Positions 49,351 through 60,559 of a DNA stretch of 64,000 nt are shown one piece after another (positions within the stretch are counted from its first letter, which is position 1; each line of letters opens with the position of its first letter). The notes below the pieces were generated by a model. That model did not search any database and was not told the origin of the DNA. It saw nothing but the letters and a program-made list of their open reading frames with translations. Location of the stretch: positions 24,142 to 88,141 of IMG/VR virus record IMGVR_UViG_3300042474_001076. One strand, written 5' to 3'. The stretch comes from a virus (taxonomy: Duplodnaviria > Caudoviricetes). The translations under genes were made by a program, and so were the position numbers.

Positions 49351-52300
49351 TGGCGACAAACAAATATAAATGTCCCCCTCAACCTGCCAGTGGTCAGGGT
49401 ACCTTTTCAGACAACTTAGTTGGGTTCCAATTAGTTGACGGTGGAGGTTTTACGCAGGCAAATTTTGAGTTTACAACAAGCATTAGTGAAAAACAAGATA
49501 GGACATTTTCAATTGGATCGTTTTCTGAACCAATATCTTTAGATACGTTAAATATATCTAATATAGAAGAATCAAAAAAATTAATTGCCGATAATTTTAG
49601 AGTATATCCCAATTTTGATTTAAGTCAAGTTACTAATTTTACTATGTTTGGATCTTTAACCAAAAGGATGTCAACTTCAGTTACAAACATTATTAATTAT
49701 TTTCCTGCAGCATTAGACATAAACAATGTACAAACTAATTTTGTTATATCTTTAACCGCACAAAACATTTTTTATAATAGTGTTGAAGATGAAACATATT
49801 TTGAAATACCAATATCTGTTATTAGAAATCCGTTTAGTATTGATTATACTGTTAATGCTACTAGAAATATTGAATTAAGGGAAATATCTGTTTCATATTT
49901 AAGAAATTTTACAACACAGTATTTAAAATATTCACTGTTTTTAAATGATATTGAATACCCTATATCTGATTTTATTCCCGCACAAGTAACGGACACTGTT
50001 TTTAAAGTTTATGTTAATGGTGATCCGTTTTCTGGTAATACAACAACAAATAGTAATTTTATAATAAGACCAAAACAGTTATACGTTAATAAAGTATTTA
50101 ATGAAAATTTAGATCAAGTTGAAAACTTTTTGTTGAATAGAAATATGGTTCCAATATATAGTTCATATTTTAACATACCAAAAGAAAATGATGACGGACA
50201 ATTTTATTATACACAAGAAGTTGCAATATTTCCGTTAAATGGATCGTGGAATTTAGATATTATAACCCCCAAATTTACAAATTATTTAACAAAATTAAAT
50301 TCTTTATCGGAAAGTATTGATTTATATAAAACAAACTTAATAACAAGATTTTTAACTGCTGATGCTATAAAAGAATTTGATACTTCAGACCAAAAAATAC
50401 AAAAAGTATTACAGATATACGGTAGAAGTTTTGACGAAACAAGAAAATTTATTACGGCTCTTGCTAACATGAATTCTGTTAATTACAATATTAAAAATGA
50501 TATTCCATCACAATTACTTAAAAATTTGGCACAAACACTTGGGTGGAATACAAACATCTCTCCAATAACAAACGATCAATTATTAAGTTCAGTTTTTAGT
50601 AATGGGAGTAATTCATTTACGGGTTTACCAATAGGTCAAACACCTGAAGAGTTAAATTATCAATATTTCAGAAATTTAATTTTAAATTCCGCTTTTTTAT
50701 TTAAATCTAAAGGAACAAGAAAATCAATTGAAATATTATTAAGAATGGTTGGGGCTCCTGAAGCGTTAACAGAATTTAACGAATATATTTACCTTGCCGA
50801 TCAAAAAATAAATTTGAGACAATTTGATATTCAGTACGCTCAAATATCTGGTGGAACATACTCACAGGAATTACCTGTTTTGGACACAAATGACTTGTTT
50901 TCAATTATGGGGGTACAATATACTGGATTTACAACAACCACAATCACTCAAGATATTAGTTTAACGAACAATGATTACCCTATTGATAGTTACGGTTTTC
51001 CAAGTATGCCAGTTCCAAACGACACATATTTCTTTCAAATTGGGGGAGGTTGGTTTGAATCAACACCACAACACAGAATGCCCGAAAAAGTTGATTTAAC
51101 AAATAGTGTATTTACTGGATCCAACCCTAATTATCAAACAAAATTATTACCATTTAATTATGGGCAAGAATATTTAGAAAGATATCGTAGTTTTCCATAC
51201 ATGAATTTAGGATTTAATCTTAAAAAAACGGTTGACAATAAAAAAAGTTGGATAAATAATGAAAAATTTTTAAGAAAAAACTTTGATGGTAACTTTAATG
51301 CTTATTATAAGGTATCTGACGATAGATTAGTTATAAATGTTAAAAATGTTGATTTATTTATGAATCCATCACAAGGATTGGTGTATGATGTGTGGACAAT
51401 GTCTAGAAAATATAATTACCCAATTCCAGAACAAGGGTTAAGTTATATAGATCCAACATATTGTAATCCATACCCAAATGTTGAATATCCAAGTAGAGGG
51501 GGGATTGATTGGACCCAAATTATACCAAAACCAAAAGAAAAAACATTTTTTGAATTTGCCCAAACTTTTTGGAAAAATATGATAAATGTAAGAAACAGAC
51601 AATTTAATACCGATGGAAAGACAAGTGGATATCCAACACTATCTTCAATTTATTGGAAATATTTGGAATCTGGAATGGCAATAAATATTCCTAATGATAA
51701 TTTTAACTATCAAACAATGATTGACTATGTTAATGGTATGGGAGATTATTGGATAAGATTAGTTGAACAAATGATTCCAGCAACTACAATATGGAATACG
51801 GGAGTAAAATATGAAAACTCAATTTTTCATAGACAAAAATTTGTGTGGAGAAGACAAAGGGGTTGTGAAATTATACCAGTACCTTGTAAACCTTGTAAAT
51901 TAATAACACAAATATTTTCATATGATTGTCCTATACAACAAACTGTTATTGGTCTATACCCTTGGGACACAAACCCAACAATAACTTCATTTGGGGCATT
52001 ATTGGGTAGTTCATTAACCACATATGGAAATGATAATAATTTGGACATTAATAATGATTGTTTATTAAATACATTAGAGTCTGATTGGTATATCGATATT
52101 AGAATTGATGGTTCACCAATAATTATATACCCATTTTTTAATGGGGTTGGATTCTCAAACCCAACTTTAAGTACTCCAACAGAAAATAATTGGGTTGACA
52201 GTTTATATGACTCATTAACTAATTTACTTGATTATGGTTTATCTTATACTATTAATACTGATGATCAAACTATAACAATATACAATAATAACTGTTTACC

Positions 52301-52367
52301 ATTGAATACCACCCAAAATTTTGAATTGAATGTGGGAATAAACTTTACTATCCTATGTAACCCATGA
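49350..52367 (+). CDS. Baseplate wedge protein with P2 gpI/T4 gp7-like domain
   Basis: LLKNLAQTLGW...LFKSKGTRKSIE.LL motif typical of Tail_P2_I-like wedge proteins. Confidence 0.6.
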   Translation: MATNKYKCPPQPASGQGTFSDNLVGFQLVDGGGFTQANFEFTTSISEKQDRTFSIGSFSEPISLDTLNISNIEESKKLIADNFRVYPNFDLSQVTNFTMFGSLTKRMSTSVTNIINYFPAALDINNVQTNFVISLTAQNIFYNSVEDETYFEIPISVIRNPFSIDYTVNATRNIELREISVSYLRNFTTQYLKYSLFLNDIEYPISDFIPAQVTDTVFKVYVNGDPFSGNTTTNSNFIIRPKQLYVNKVFNENLDQVENFLLNRNMVPIYSSYFNIPKENDDGQFYYTQEVAIFPLNGSWNLDIITPKFTNYLTKLNSLSESIDLYKTNLITRFLTADAIKEFDTSDQKIQKVLQIYGRSFDETRKFITALANMNSVNYNIKNDIPSQLLKNLAQTLGWNTNISPITNDQLLSSVFSNGSNSFTGLPIGQTPEELNYQYFRNLILNSAFLFKSKGTRKSIEILLRMVGAPEALTEFNEYIYLADQKINLRQFDIQYAQISGGTYSQELPVLDTNDLFSIMGVQYTGFTTTTITQDISLTNNDYPIDSYGFPSMPVPNDTYFFQIGGGWFESTPQHRMPEKVDLTNSVFTGSNPNYQTKLLPFNYGQEYLERYRSFPYMNLGFNLKKTVDNKKSWINNEKFLRKNFDGNFNAYYKVSDDRLVINVKNVDLFMNPSQGLVYDVWTMSRKYNYPIPEQGLSYIDPTYCNPYPNVEYPSRGGIDWTQIIPKPKEKTFFEFAQTFWKNMINVRNRQFNTDGKTSGYPTLSSIYWKYLESGMAINIPNDNFNYQTMIDYVNGMGDYWIRLVEQMIPATTIWNTGVKYENSIFHRQKFVWRRQRGCEIIPVPCKPCKLITQIFSYDCPIQQTVIGLYPWDTNPTITSFGALLGSSLTTYGNDNNLDINNDCLLNTLESDWYIDIRIDGSPIIIYPFFNGVGFSNPTLSTPTENNWVDSLYDSLTNLLDYGLSYTINTDDQTITIYNNNCLPLNTTQNFELNVGINFTILCNP

Positions 52368-54817
52368 GTTGTGGACAAATAATATATAATCTTTATATCT
52401 CTGGTGATTGTACTAATACTAATGTTGGAGAAATTTACATTGAGATAACTGGTGGTACTTCACCCTACACTGTATATGAAATTTCCTCAACAGGTTTATT
52501 ACCAACATCAGCATCCACAACAACTTATTATTTTAGTGGTATGTCTGCCGGCACATATAGTTTGGCAATCCAAGACTCGTGTATAAATCCAACTTTTGAT
52601 ACAATATACTTAAACATACCAATATCATCGGGAACATCTATAAGTGTTGAAAATGTAATAAATACAACTTGTGGTAATGATGATGGAGAAATAACATTTG
52701 GGTTTAATCCTTTTTATGGGTTTGGATCTGCATTGCTTTATGAAACAACAAACGGGTATATAAATAGTGGGTCAACACCAACTAGTGGAATAACCTTTTC
52801 AAATTTATCGGGAGGAACTTATTATATTGTTGGTGATGATGGTGCAGGGTGTAATGGAGTAAGTTCGAGCGTACCAATTTTATCATCAACAACTTTTTCT
52901 TACGGGTTTTATGTTGTTGACGATGCAAGTTGTAATGTTGCTTTTGGTTCGGGAAAAATATTTGTTACTGGACAAACAGGAGTTGGTCCTTATACATATG
53001 TTTGGAATGATGGACAAACAGGATCTACAGCAACTGGATTAACGGTTGGATATTACACTGTTACCGTAACAGATTCAAATGGATGTTCCGTTTCCGATAG
53101 TATTTCGGTTAATAATGTTCCGCCAATTGGAATATCTTCTTTTTTAACAACAGGAAGCACTTGTTTTAATAGTGATGGTGTGGTTGAAGTCACTGTTACT
53201 GGAGGGACAGCACCATTCTTTTTTTCTGGATCTAATGGGGATACAATAGTTACATTCTCAAACACATACACATTTCAAAATTTACCTTCAGGTATTTTAA
53301 CCGTTACTGTTAAAGATGCTGGATTATGTAGTGATACTCAATCAACTTCGTTAACAACACCCAATGGATTTACTATTTCATCAATTAACACAACAAATTC
53401 TAATTGTGGTAATAATGGGTCAATAACAATAGTTGTTAATACTGGATCCCCTACGGGAACATTTACCTATACGTTACTGAATTCTTCCGGAAATACGGTT
53501 AATACAACAACTGTTGGTACTAACACAACTTTTAATAATTTACAATCAGACACATATACAATTTTGATTGATAATAATTCAGGATGTGTTTATACTGGAA
53601 CCACAACAGTTACAAATGTTAATTTGTTTACAATAACTGCGGTTACAACTAATACCACATGTGGATTAAATAATGGTACCTTACAGATATTAACAACTAG
53701 TGGGGGTACATTACCATATACTTATCAAATTACTGGATACGCAATATCTCCAATTAATTTTTATAATAATTTACCTTTTGGGTTTTATAATGTTACCGTG
53801 ACCGATGCAAATGGTTGTTCACAAACAACAACAGCATATGTTGGACCATCAAATTCCGTATTTTTTAATTTATTTGCAATACAACCTGTTAATGGAAATG
53901 ATGGTGAAATAAGTTCTTTTTTAAGTAGTGGTTATCCACCTTTTACTTATAATTGGAGTTCAAATGTAAACTCACAAACTGGATCAACAGTAACTAATTT
54001 AAGTGCGGGAACATATACATTACAAGTTGTTGATAGTTCTGGATGTACACATACTAAATCAATTGTTTTATCAGGAACTATACTTTTAGGTAATTATCAA
54101 GTTTACAATATAAGTGACACTAATTTTGTTAATACTGGAATTGATGGTATGAGAGGAATAGGACAAATGTATAGTGAGGGATTTTTTGATTTAACATACA
54201 ATGATTTAGGGTGTGTAATTAATGGTGCAGAATTTATTATTGAAACAAGTGTAAATGGGGTGATAAAACAAAACTTATTTTATACCTCAATAGGACTTTA
54301 TGATTACCCAACAGATATTGAATGGATTAATATAATAAAATTAATGTTATTATCTTATCCGGATATTGGTGAAGTTGATATAGACATTGTTAAAAACAAA
54401 ATAACTATTGTGAATGATTGTGAAGACATCAATAAAAGTTGTGTACCAACTAAATTTAATACGTTATCTGATGCAAAAGTTGTAATTAATTTAATAATAA
54501 ATTATGATATTTCTTGTGTTGAATGTGATGTCCCTACACCAACACCATCCCAAACAAATACCCCAAATTTAACACCGACCCCAACACCGACCCCAACATT
54601 TGTAAATAAATGGATAGTTTCCGATTGTTGTGGATTAGTTTCAAATATTATTTTAATATTACCTTTAGGGACTATTGCGGGTCAATTATTAGTGTACAAT
54701 AGTAATTGTTGGACCACAGTTTCAACAACTAATGGTACGGCAGTTGGTACCGCAACCCCATTTCTTTTTTCCAGTAATTGTCCAACGTGTATAGCATCAT
54801 ATCCATGTAGTGGGTAA
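52364..54817 (+). CDS. SprB-repeat adhesin/tail fibre protein with PT linker and Cys-rich C-terminus
   Basis: About seven repeats of C....G.I.....GG..PY.Y.W......L..G.Y.V.V.D..GC; PTPTP tract at 54532-54598. Confidence 0.75.
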   Translation: MSCGQIIYNLYISGDCTNTNVGEIYIEITGGTSPYTVYEISSTGLLPTSASTTTYYFSGMSAGTYSLAIQDSCINPTFDTIYLNIPISSGTSISVENVINTTCGNDDGEITFGFNPFYGFGSALLYETTNGYINSGSTPTSGITFSNLSGGTYYIVGDDGAGCNGVSSSVPILSSTTFSYGFYVVDDASCNVAFGSGKIFVTGQTGVGPYTYVWNDGQTGSTATGLTVGYYTVTVTDSNGCSVSDSISVNNVPPIGISSFLTTGSTCFNSDGVVEVTVTGGTAPFFFSGSNGDTIVTFSNTYTFQNLPSGILTVTVKDAGLCSDTQSTSLTTPNGFTISSINTTNSNCGNNGSITIVVNTGSPTGTFTYTLLNSSGNTVNTTTVGTNTTFNNLQSDTYTILIDNNSGCVYTGTTTVTNVNLFTITAVTTNTTCGLNNGTLQILTTSGGTLPYTYQITGYAISPINFYNNLPFGFYNVTVTDANGCSQTTTAYVGPSNSVFFNLFAIQPVNGNDGEISSFLSSGYPPFTYNWSSNVNSQTGSTVTNLSAGTYTLQVVDSSGCTHTKSIVLSGTILLGNYQVYNISDTNFVNTGIDGMRGIGQMYSEGFFDLTYNDLGCVINGAEFIIETSVNGVIKQNLFYTSIGLYDYPTDIEWINIIKLMLLSYPDIGEVDIDIVKNKITIVNDCEDINKSCVPTKFNTLSDAKVVINLIINYDISCVECDVPTPTPSQTNTPNLTPTPTPTPTFVNKWIVSDCCGLVSNIILILPLGTIAGQLLVYNSNCWTTVSTTNGTAVGTATPFLFSSNCPTCIASYPCSG

Positions 54818-54878
54818 TATAAGTTTTTATATTAATTAACAATATTGACTTATTACACATATACTATATTTTAGTTAT

Positions 54879-55859
54879 ATGGAAGATATTATTTTTGTGT
54901 CCGCTCAACCTGATGTTCCTTATTTTCATTGGCAAATAAAACTTTATACTCATAACTTTATTGAAAAGGGAATTAATCCTTGTCAAATTCATGTTATTTT
55001 TGGATTAACTAATGGACAAACAGAACCTTCTAAGGGAGCGTTAGAACTATGTGATTACGGGTTTAATGTACATTTTTACATTGATGATAGAATAAGTAAA
55101 AATTATATCCCAAGTATCAAACCATATTTAATATCAAGATGGTTATTTGAATATCCTGAATATGGTAAAACTTTTTTCTTACATGATGCGGATATTATTT
55201 TTAGAGTATTACCCGATTTTAATAAATTAATGAATGATGATATTTCTTATTTATCGGATACAATTGGTTATATCGGATACAACTATATAATGGATTGTTG
55301 TAACAGATATGAAAAAGCACACCCAAAATCAGAAAAAGGTCAATTATTAAAAGAAATGGCAAATATTGTTGGAATAAACGTTGACATAATTAAAGATAAC
55401 CAAGAAAACTCAGGTGGGGGTCAATATTTATTGAAAAATATGACATATAGTCTTTGGGAAAAAATATATTTGGATTGTTATCCTCTTTATAAACAAATGC
55501 ATAGTTATCACAAAAGACACCCAATAAGTCCTGGTGAAATCCAATTTTGGACGGCAGAAATGTGGTCTTTATTGTGGAATTTATGGTTATTAAATTATGA
55601 TACTAAAGTTGTTGATGATCTTAATTTTTCTTGGGCAACAGATAATTTAAAAGTATATGAAGAAAGACCTATTTTACATATGGCTGGAGTTACAGATAAT
55701 TTAAAAAGTAATAAATTTTATAAAGGAGAATATATTACAATTGACCCTATTTTAAAACTTAAAGAAAACCCATCCCACTTTGATTATATTGAAATTAATA
55801 GTACAACAATAAAATATATTGAAGTAATGAAATCATTTATTCAAAAAACAATAAATTGA
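54879..55859 (+). CDS. GT-A glycosyltransferase resembling plant peptidyl-Ser/Hyp O-glycosyltransferases (GT96 SERGT/GT95 HPAT)
   Basis: YFHWQ, YIPSIKPYL...WL, LHDADIIF (DxD), GGGQYLL, WTAEMW, ILH in the same order as the SERGT/HPAT motifs YF.WQ, Y..INKP....WL, D.D, W..EMY, I.HY as I recall them. Confidence 0.65.
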   Translation: MEDIIFVSAQPDVPYFHWQIKLYTHNFIEKGINPCQIHVIFGLTNGQTEPSKGALELCDYGFNVHFYIDDRISKNYIPSIKPYLISRWLFEYPEYGKTFFLHDADIIFRVLPDFNKLMNDDISYLSDTIGYIGYNYIMDCCNRYEKAHPKSEKGQLLKEMANIVGINVDIIKDNQENSGGGQYLLKNMTYSLWEKIYLDCYPLYKQMHSYHKRHPISPGEIQFWTAEMWSLLWNLWLLNYDTKVVDDLNFSWATDNLKVYEERPILHMAGVTDNLKSNKFYKGEYITIDPILKLKENPSHFDYIEINSTTIKYIEVMKSFIQKTIN

Positions 55860-55887
55860 TTATTTATATAGTAAAGAAATAACTTAA

Positions 55888-57948
55888 ATGGTTTATCAAG
55901 TAATAAATAGTGGTTCGGTAATTTATAATAACTTTACGTTTACTGACGACAATAACGTTATTAAAGTGGTTGATTTATCACCTGGGGTTTCTTATTATAT
56001 TAATGGTAATATTAGTGTTACAAACCCACTCTTATATATTAACTCACTTACAAAAGGAACAATAAGATATTGTTTTCAAAGTTGTTGTAATGATGATTCT
56101 TTTTATTTTGACGGACCACCTACATCAGTTTTTGGAAATTATTTAAATGGTGTTATAATTTATTTTAATGAGGCCTTACTATCTTCAAACCCTAATAATT
56201 ATAAATCTGGTTGTTATGAATTAGTTGGACGTGGTCTTTCCTCCACATATGACTGTAGTATAGTTGGATCTGAAAGTGTTACTTTAGTTCAGTTTAATGT
56301 TAATGAGTATAATAATTGTGATACCTGTGTTATAGATAATAGTTGTTGTACTAATTATTTTGTAACTAATCAATCCTCACAAAACGTTAAGACAAAGATT
56401 GAATTTACTCCATGTTGTGATGAGGGAAAAAAATCACCATATAATATGCCTTACCAAACAGGTATTTCTATATGTAGCTCAACAGGAGTAAAAGTTTTAT
56501 CGGGAGATATACAAATTATTAACAATGGTAAATGTACCCCTTGTACAATAACAACTACGACTAACCCGATTGTTACAACAACAACAACTTTTGCACCACC
56601 AAATCCACCAATTGAACCTAAAAACGAATGTGATGTTATAACAATTTTTCCTCTCGGTGTTGAATGTTTTACAGTTGACCCATTAACATCAAGTTCTTTT
56701 GACGGGTTAATTACTTTAGGTATAACAGGGGGGACTCCTCCTTATGAGGTTATTTGGGAAAACGGATCTATCTCACAATCTTTAAGTAATCTTGGGGTTG
56801 GAAAATATGATTCAATCGTTACTGATTATTACGGGGATTTTACGGCATATACCACTTGTGTTTTAGGGGTTGAAATACCAATTACAACAAGTACAACAAC
56901 TTTTAATCCTTTACCGATATACGAAGATATCTGTCTTACAATTATAAGAGGAAATAAACAACAATCTTATGTTGAATATTATGAATTTCAATATAATGGG
57001 TACATTGATGATTACCCAACTTGGGAGGATACTATAAATAGTTTAGATATTGTATGGAATCTTAATGGTAATCAATGGCAAGTATCGGGTTGGACGGCGG
57101 GACAAATAATTAATATAAACAGTTCTACCCCACCATTATTTGGGTGGAATTCGATTGGAACATCATTACCTAATCAAATATTATCAATAACCGCAAATTT
57201 AGGATTATGTAATAAACTTAGTACTCCCAACTTAACAATAAGAGTTAATAGACCCGAATGTGGTTGTGATGGAAGTATATTATTAACTCCTTTTGGGGGA
57301 ACACCACCATATGAGTATTCAATCAACGGAGGATCAACGTATCAACCTACAACAATATATAATAACTTATGTCAAGGATCATATATTGTTTATGTCAGAG
57401 ATTCTTCAGGATTTACAAGTACTCAAACGGTTGTTTTACCTCCCCCAACTTCAAGTATAAACTATATTGTTACTATGTCTTACGCTTCTACTATATTTGG
57501 TACTAATGTGTTTAATGTAAATGTCTCTCCTTTATTACCAATTGGTGTAACGATTACTTTTGATGTAATTCATACTAACACATTTACCGTTGGACCATCA
57601 GCGGCAGCTGCCACTTATAACAACATAGCAACATTAAATGTTAATGGATCACCCGTCACCGCCACTAATCAATCAATAACTCCATTCTTACCACTTCCAC
57701 AAACATTTCCTTGTCAAGCATCTTTTAAATATTCCACAACAAGACAATATAATTGGATTAATTTATCTATGACATCAGGAACTATTATAAACGGTTCTTA
57801 TACTGATACAATATCTCCCGTTTTACCAACACCAAATTGTTTTATTGCAAACAGATACTACCACATTTATTTAAATAATGTAAAAATAAATAATAATTGC
57901 GATACGGTAAGAGTAGTTAATCCTTTAGGTGTGGGGATAAAAAAATAA
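55888..57948 (+). CDS. Cys-rich fibre/adhesin protein with SprB-like repeats and poly-Thr linkers
   Basis: GGTPPYEV.W and GGTPPYEYSI...Y.VYVRDSSG repeats; TTTT tracts at about 56545-56590 and 56884-56901. Confidence 0.65.
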   Translation: MVYQVINSGSVIYNNFTFTDDNNVIKVVDLSPGVSYYINGNISVTNPLLYINSLTKGTIRYCFQSCCNDDSFYFDGPPTSVFGNYLNGVIIYFNEALLSSNPNNYKSGCYELVGRGLSSTYDCSIVGSESVTLVQFNVNEYNNCDTCVIDNSCCTNYFVTNQSSQNVKTKIEFTPCCDEGKKSPYNMPYQTGISICSSTGVKVLSGDIQIINNGKCTPCTITTTTNPIVTTTTTFAPPNPPIEPKNECDVITIFPLGVECFTVDPLTSSSFDGLITLGITGGTPPYEVIWENGSISQSLSNLGVGKYDSIVTDYYGDFTAYTTCVLGVEIPITTSTTTFNPLPIYEDICLTIIRGNKQQSYVEYYEFQYNGYIDDYPTWEDTINSLDIVWNLNGNQWQVSGWTAGQIININSSTPPLFGWNSIGTSLPNQILSITANLGLCNKLSTPNLTIRVNRPECGCDGSILLTPFGGTPPYEYSINGGSTYQPTTIYNNLCQGSYIVYVRDSSGFTSTQTVVLPPPTSSINYIVTMSYASTIFGTNVFNVNVSPLLPIGVTITFDVIHTNTFTVGPSAAAATYNNIATLNVNGSPVTATNQSITPFLPLPQTFPCQASFKYSTTRQYNWINLSMTSGTIINGSYTDTISPVLPTPNCFIANRYYHIYLNNVKINNNCDTVRVVNPLGVGIKK

Positions 57949-57971
57949 ATAAATAAATATTTATACATAAA

Positions 57972-60506
57972 ATGTCATATATAATAAAAAATACATCAGG
58001 ACTTGTTAACACCAGAATAACGGATACTGGCAGGTTAAAGATGTCACAAGGAAATTTTAATATAAGTTATTTTCAGGTAGGAGATAGTGAAGTTTCTTAT
58101 GATAAAGTTTCTGTTAGTTATAATCAAGTTAATAGTTTTGTCTTAACTCCACCGTTTGGAAGTCAAAATAGTGACGGAATACCACAATCAAATAAACAAA
58201 ATGTTAAATACCCATATTATGTGGATAATATTGGGGGAAATACATACGGAATTCCATACATGGACTCAACAGTTGAGTCTGTATTTAATCGGGCTCCTTT
58301 AAGGGGGTTTTTTAGTGGTAACACAACCGCAAGTACAATTAATTGGAGTGCGTTAACAAGTAATAATTATGTTAAAACTTCTAATTATTTGGTAAATCCA
58401 TTATCATTAAATGGTACTAATGAAATAACTTTAATTTATTCGGGATGTAACACATCTTCATTTGGAGGTTACGAGGTTGGTGATTTTATTACTATTTATT
58501 TTGATGGTTTAGGATGTGAAAATTGTTCATGTACCAATTTACCAACACCAACACCAACGGCATCACAAGGGTCCACACCCACACCTACTCCAACACCATC
58601 AGTAAGTAGTGGTTACATTAATTGTGAAAGTCCAACCCCAACACCCACCCCTACAAAAACAGAATGTTTGACACCAACACCAAGTAGACAATGTCCCGCA
58701 CCACCTGACCCCGTTTGTTTGATGTCATTATATAGTTGTTATCCAATTTTAACTTATAGAATTATTGCAATTTGTGAAAATAAAGTAACATTAGATAGAA
58801 CAACACCAGATTTTGGATTAATAAGTGACGAATGTTGTTTTAGAGCTTTAGTTTACCCTAAAAGTATGACAGATTTATATGATAGTATAACTCCAAGTCC
58901 ACATTGGGGTGATGACGTTATTAATTACGAAACATTATGTGATGTTGATAATTTTGACGTTAAAATTTGGAACATGAATATTCCTTGGACCGAAAATCCT
59001 GCTGGATTATTACCAACACAACATGAAGATTATACTTATTTTGGGTCTGTTAATTATATTGGTAGTAAAGAGTATTTTGGGTATAATTCAAACTTAGGAC
59101 AGACATTTTACGTAAATTCAGTATTAAGTGCTGAAACTACTGACACTTATTATTATAATTCATTTGATGAGGTTATTAAAGTTGAACCTGAAGAACAAAA
59201 AACAATTGCAATTATTCATTATACAAACCAAACGATTGATTTCTTTTATGGTGAAAAATTTGCGTTAGAACCATACGACACATCTAATCCTAATAATACA
59301 ACAGGTCAAGCTAGAAATTTTAAATTATATATACCATGGATTATGTGGCATAAAAATCCACAATGTTGTTTTGGATCTACTTTTTGGGTTGATCCACCTG
59401 ATTTTGAAGATAAAAACTTATTTGAAGTTCATTATATGGAATCAAATCAAAATAATGATATGAATAATCCTGGGTTAAGATATTATCACTTATGGGACAC
59501 ACACCCAAACAATGATGGATTACCAAGTAGAATTGGTAAAGTATTTCCAGATAGTCAAACAATTATTATTGATGATGAAGAAATTGTCGCAGCGTTATCT
59601 TATAAATCAAATAGAAATTGGACATTACCCGCACCACAAGTTTCTTTAATAACTCCAAATATTTGTGATACTACCTCGGGAGAAATTAATGGTATATTAA
59701 CAGGAAACAATGAAACTATGTATATTACATATAGAATTAGTAATGATTATGGTTTTACAAATTCATTACATTCTAATTATTATGTTAAAATTGTGGGTAA
59801 TAATAATGATTGTTTTCCTGATACATCTAAAAATGTTGCAATAAGATTTGGGGGAGAATTTGGATGTTTGGTTGTTCCTGGATATAATCCAACAACAACA
59901 ACAACTACATTTGGACCTATAACAACAACTACAACACTTAATCCTATTGTTACGACAACTACAACAATATGTCCTACCTGTGATATTCCAAATGGATTTT
60001 ATGGGACTAAATTTGAAGTATTGGCACAAAAAGTACCTACAGGGACAAGACCAGATTCTTCAAAATGGAAATTAATTGATTTTACTAATACTATAAGTGG
60101 ACAAACAATTAATGGTTATCTTACTGAAGATGCATTAACAGGAACTACATTTATTGTTACTGAATCGTTATATAATTCGGCACCATTCTATGATTTAAAT
60201 CAATATATTAATTTAACCCCTATTGGTAATGTTGGACCAAAATTAAATTTTGGAGATGAGTATTATTTCTACGGAGGTATTGAAACTGATATACAAGCAA
60301 CAATATATGAAATGATGTATAAGATTAATTTAAATTATACTGAATTTCAAAAAACATCAAATCCAACTTGGAAATCAGGAACTAATTCTTATATTACTGA
60401 AATAGCGTTGTTAGATGATAAAAAAGACGTATTAGTTGTCTCAAAGTTACAATCTCCTGTTTTAAGACAAGGAATTCAACAATTCTTAGTTAAGTTTGAT
60501 TTATAA
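57972..60506 (+). CDS. Tail fibre-attachment/baseplate protein with PT and poly-T insertions
   Basis: N-terminal T.ITDTGR....G...I.YF..GDSEV and C-terminal YITEIAL.D....LVV.KL..P resemble split tail-collar/fibre-base domains; PT tract 58542-58684, T tract 59890-59967. Confidence 0.55.
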   Translation: MSYIIKNTSGLVNTRITDTGRLKMSQGNFNISYFQVGDSEVSYDKVSVSYNQVNSFVLTPPFGSQNSDGIPQSNKQNVKYPYYVDNIGGNTYGIPYMDSTVESVFNRAPLRGFFSGNTTASTINWSALTSNNYVKTSNYLVNPLSLNGTNEITLIYSGCNTSSFGGYEVGDFITIYFDGLGCENCSCTNLPTPTPTASQGSTPTPTPTPSVSSGYINCESPTPTPTPTKTECLTPTPSRQCPAPPDPVCLMSLYSCYPILTYRIIAICENKVTLDRTTPDFGLISDECCFRALVYPKSMTDLYDSITPSPHWGDDVINYETLCDVDNFDVKIWNMNIPWTENPAGLLPTQHEDYTYFGSVNYIGSKEYFGYNSNLGQTFYVNSVLSAETTDTYYYNSFDEVIKVEPEEQKTIAIIHYTNQTIDFFYGEKFALEPYDTSNPNNTTGQARNFKLYIPWIMWHKNPQCCFGSTFWVDPPDFEDKNLFEVHYMESNQNNDMNNPGLRYYHLWDTHPNNDGLPSRIGKVFPDSQTIIIDDEEIVAALSYKSNRNWTLPAPQVSLITPNICDTTSGEINGILTGNNETMYITYRISNDYGFTNSLHSNYYVKIVGNNNDCFPDTSKNVAIRFGGEFGCLVVPGYNPTTTTTTFGPITTTTTLNPIVTTTTTICPTCDIPNGFYGTKFEVLAQKVPTGTRPDSSKWKLIDFTNTISGQTINGYLTEDALTGTTFIVTESLYNSAPFYDLNQYINLTPIGNVGPKLNFGDEYYFYGGIETDIQATIYEMMYKINLNYTEFQKTSNPTWKSGTNSYITEIALLDDKKDVLVVSKLQSPVLRQGIQQFLVKFDL

Positions 60507-60559
60507 CAAAAACTTTAGTTTTACAACGATATAGTTATATTATAATTAAAAATAAGTTT

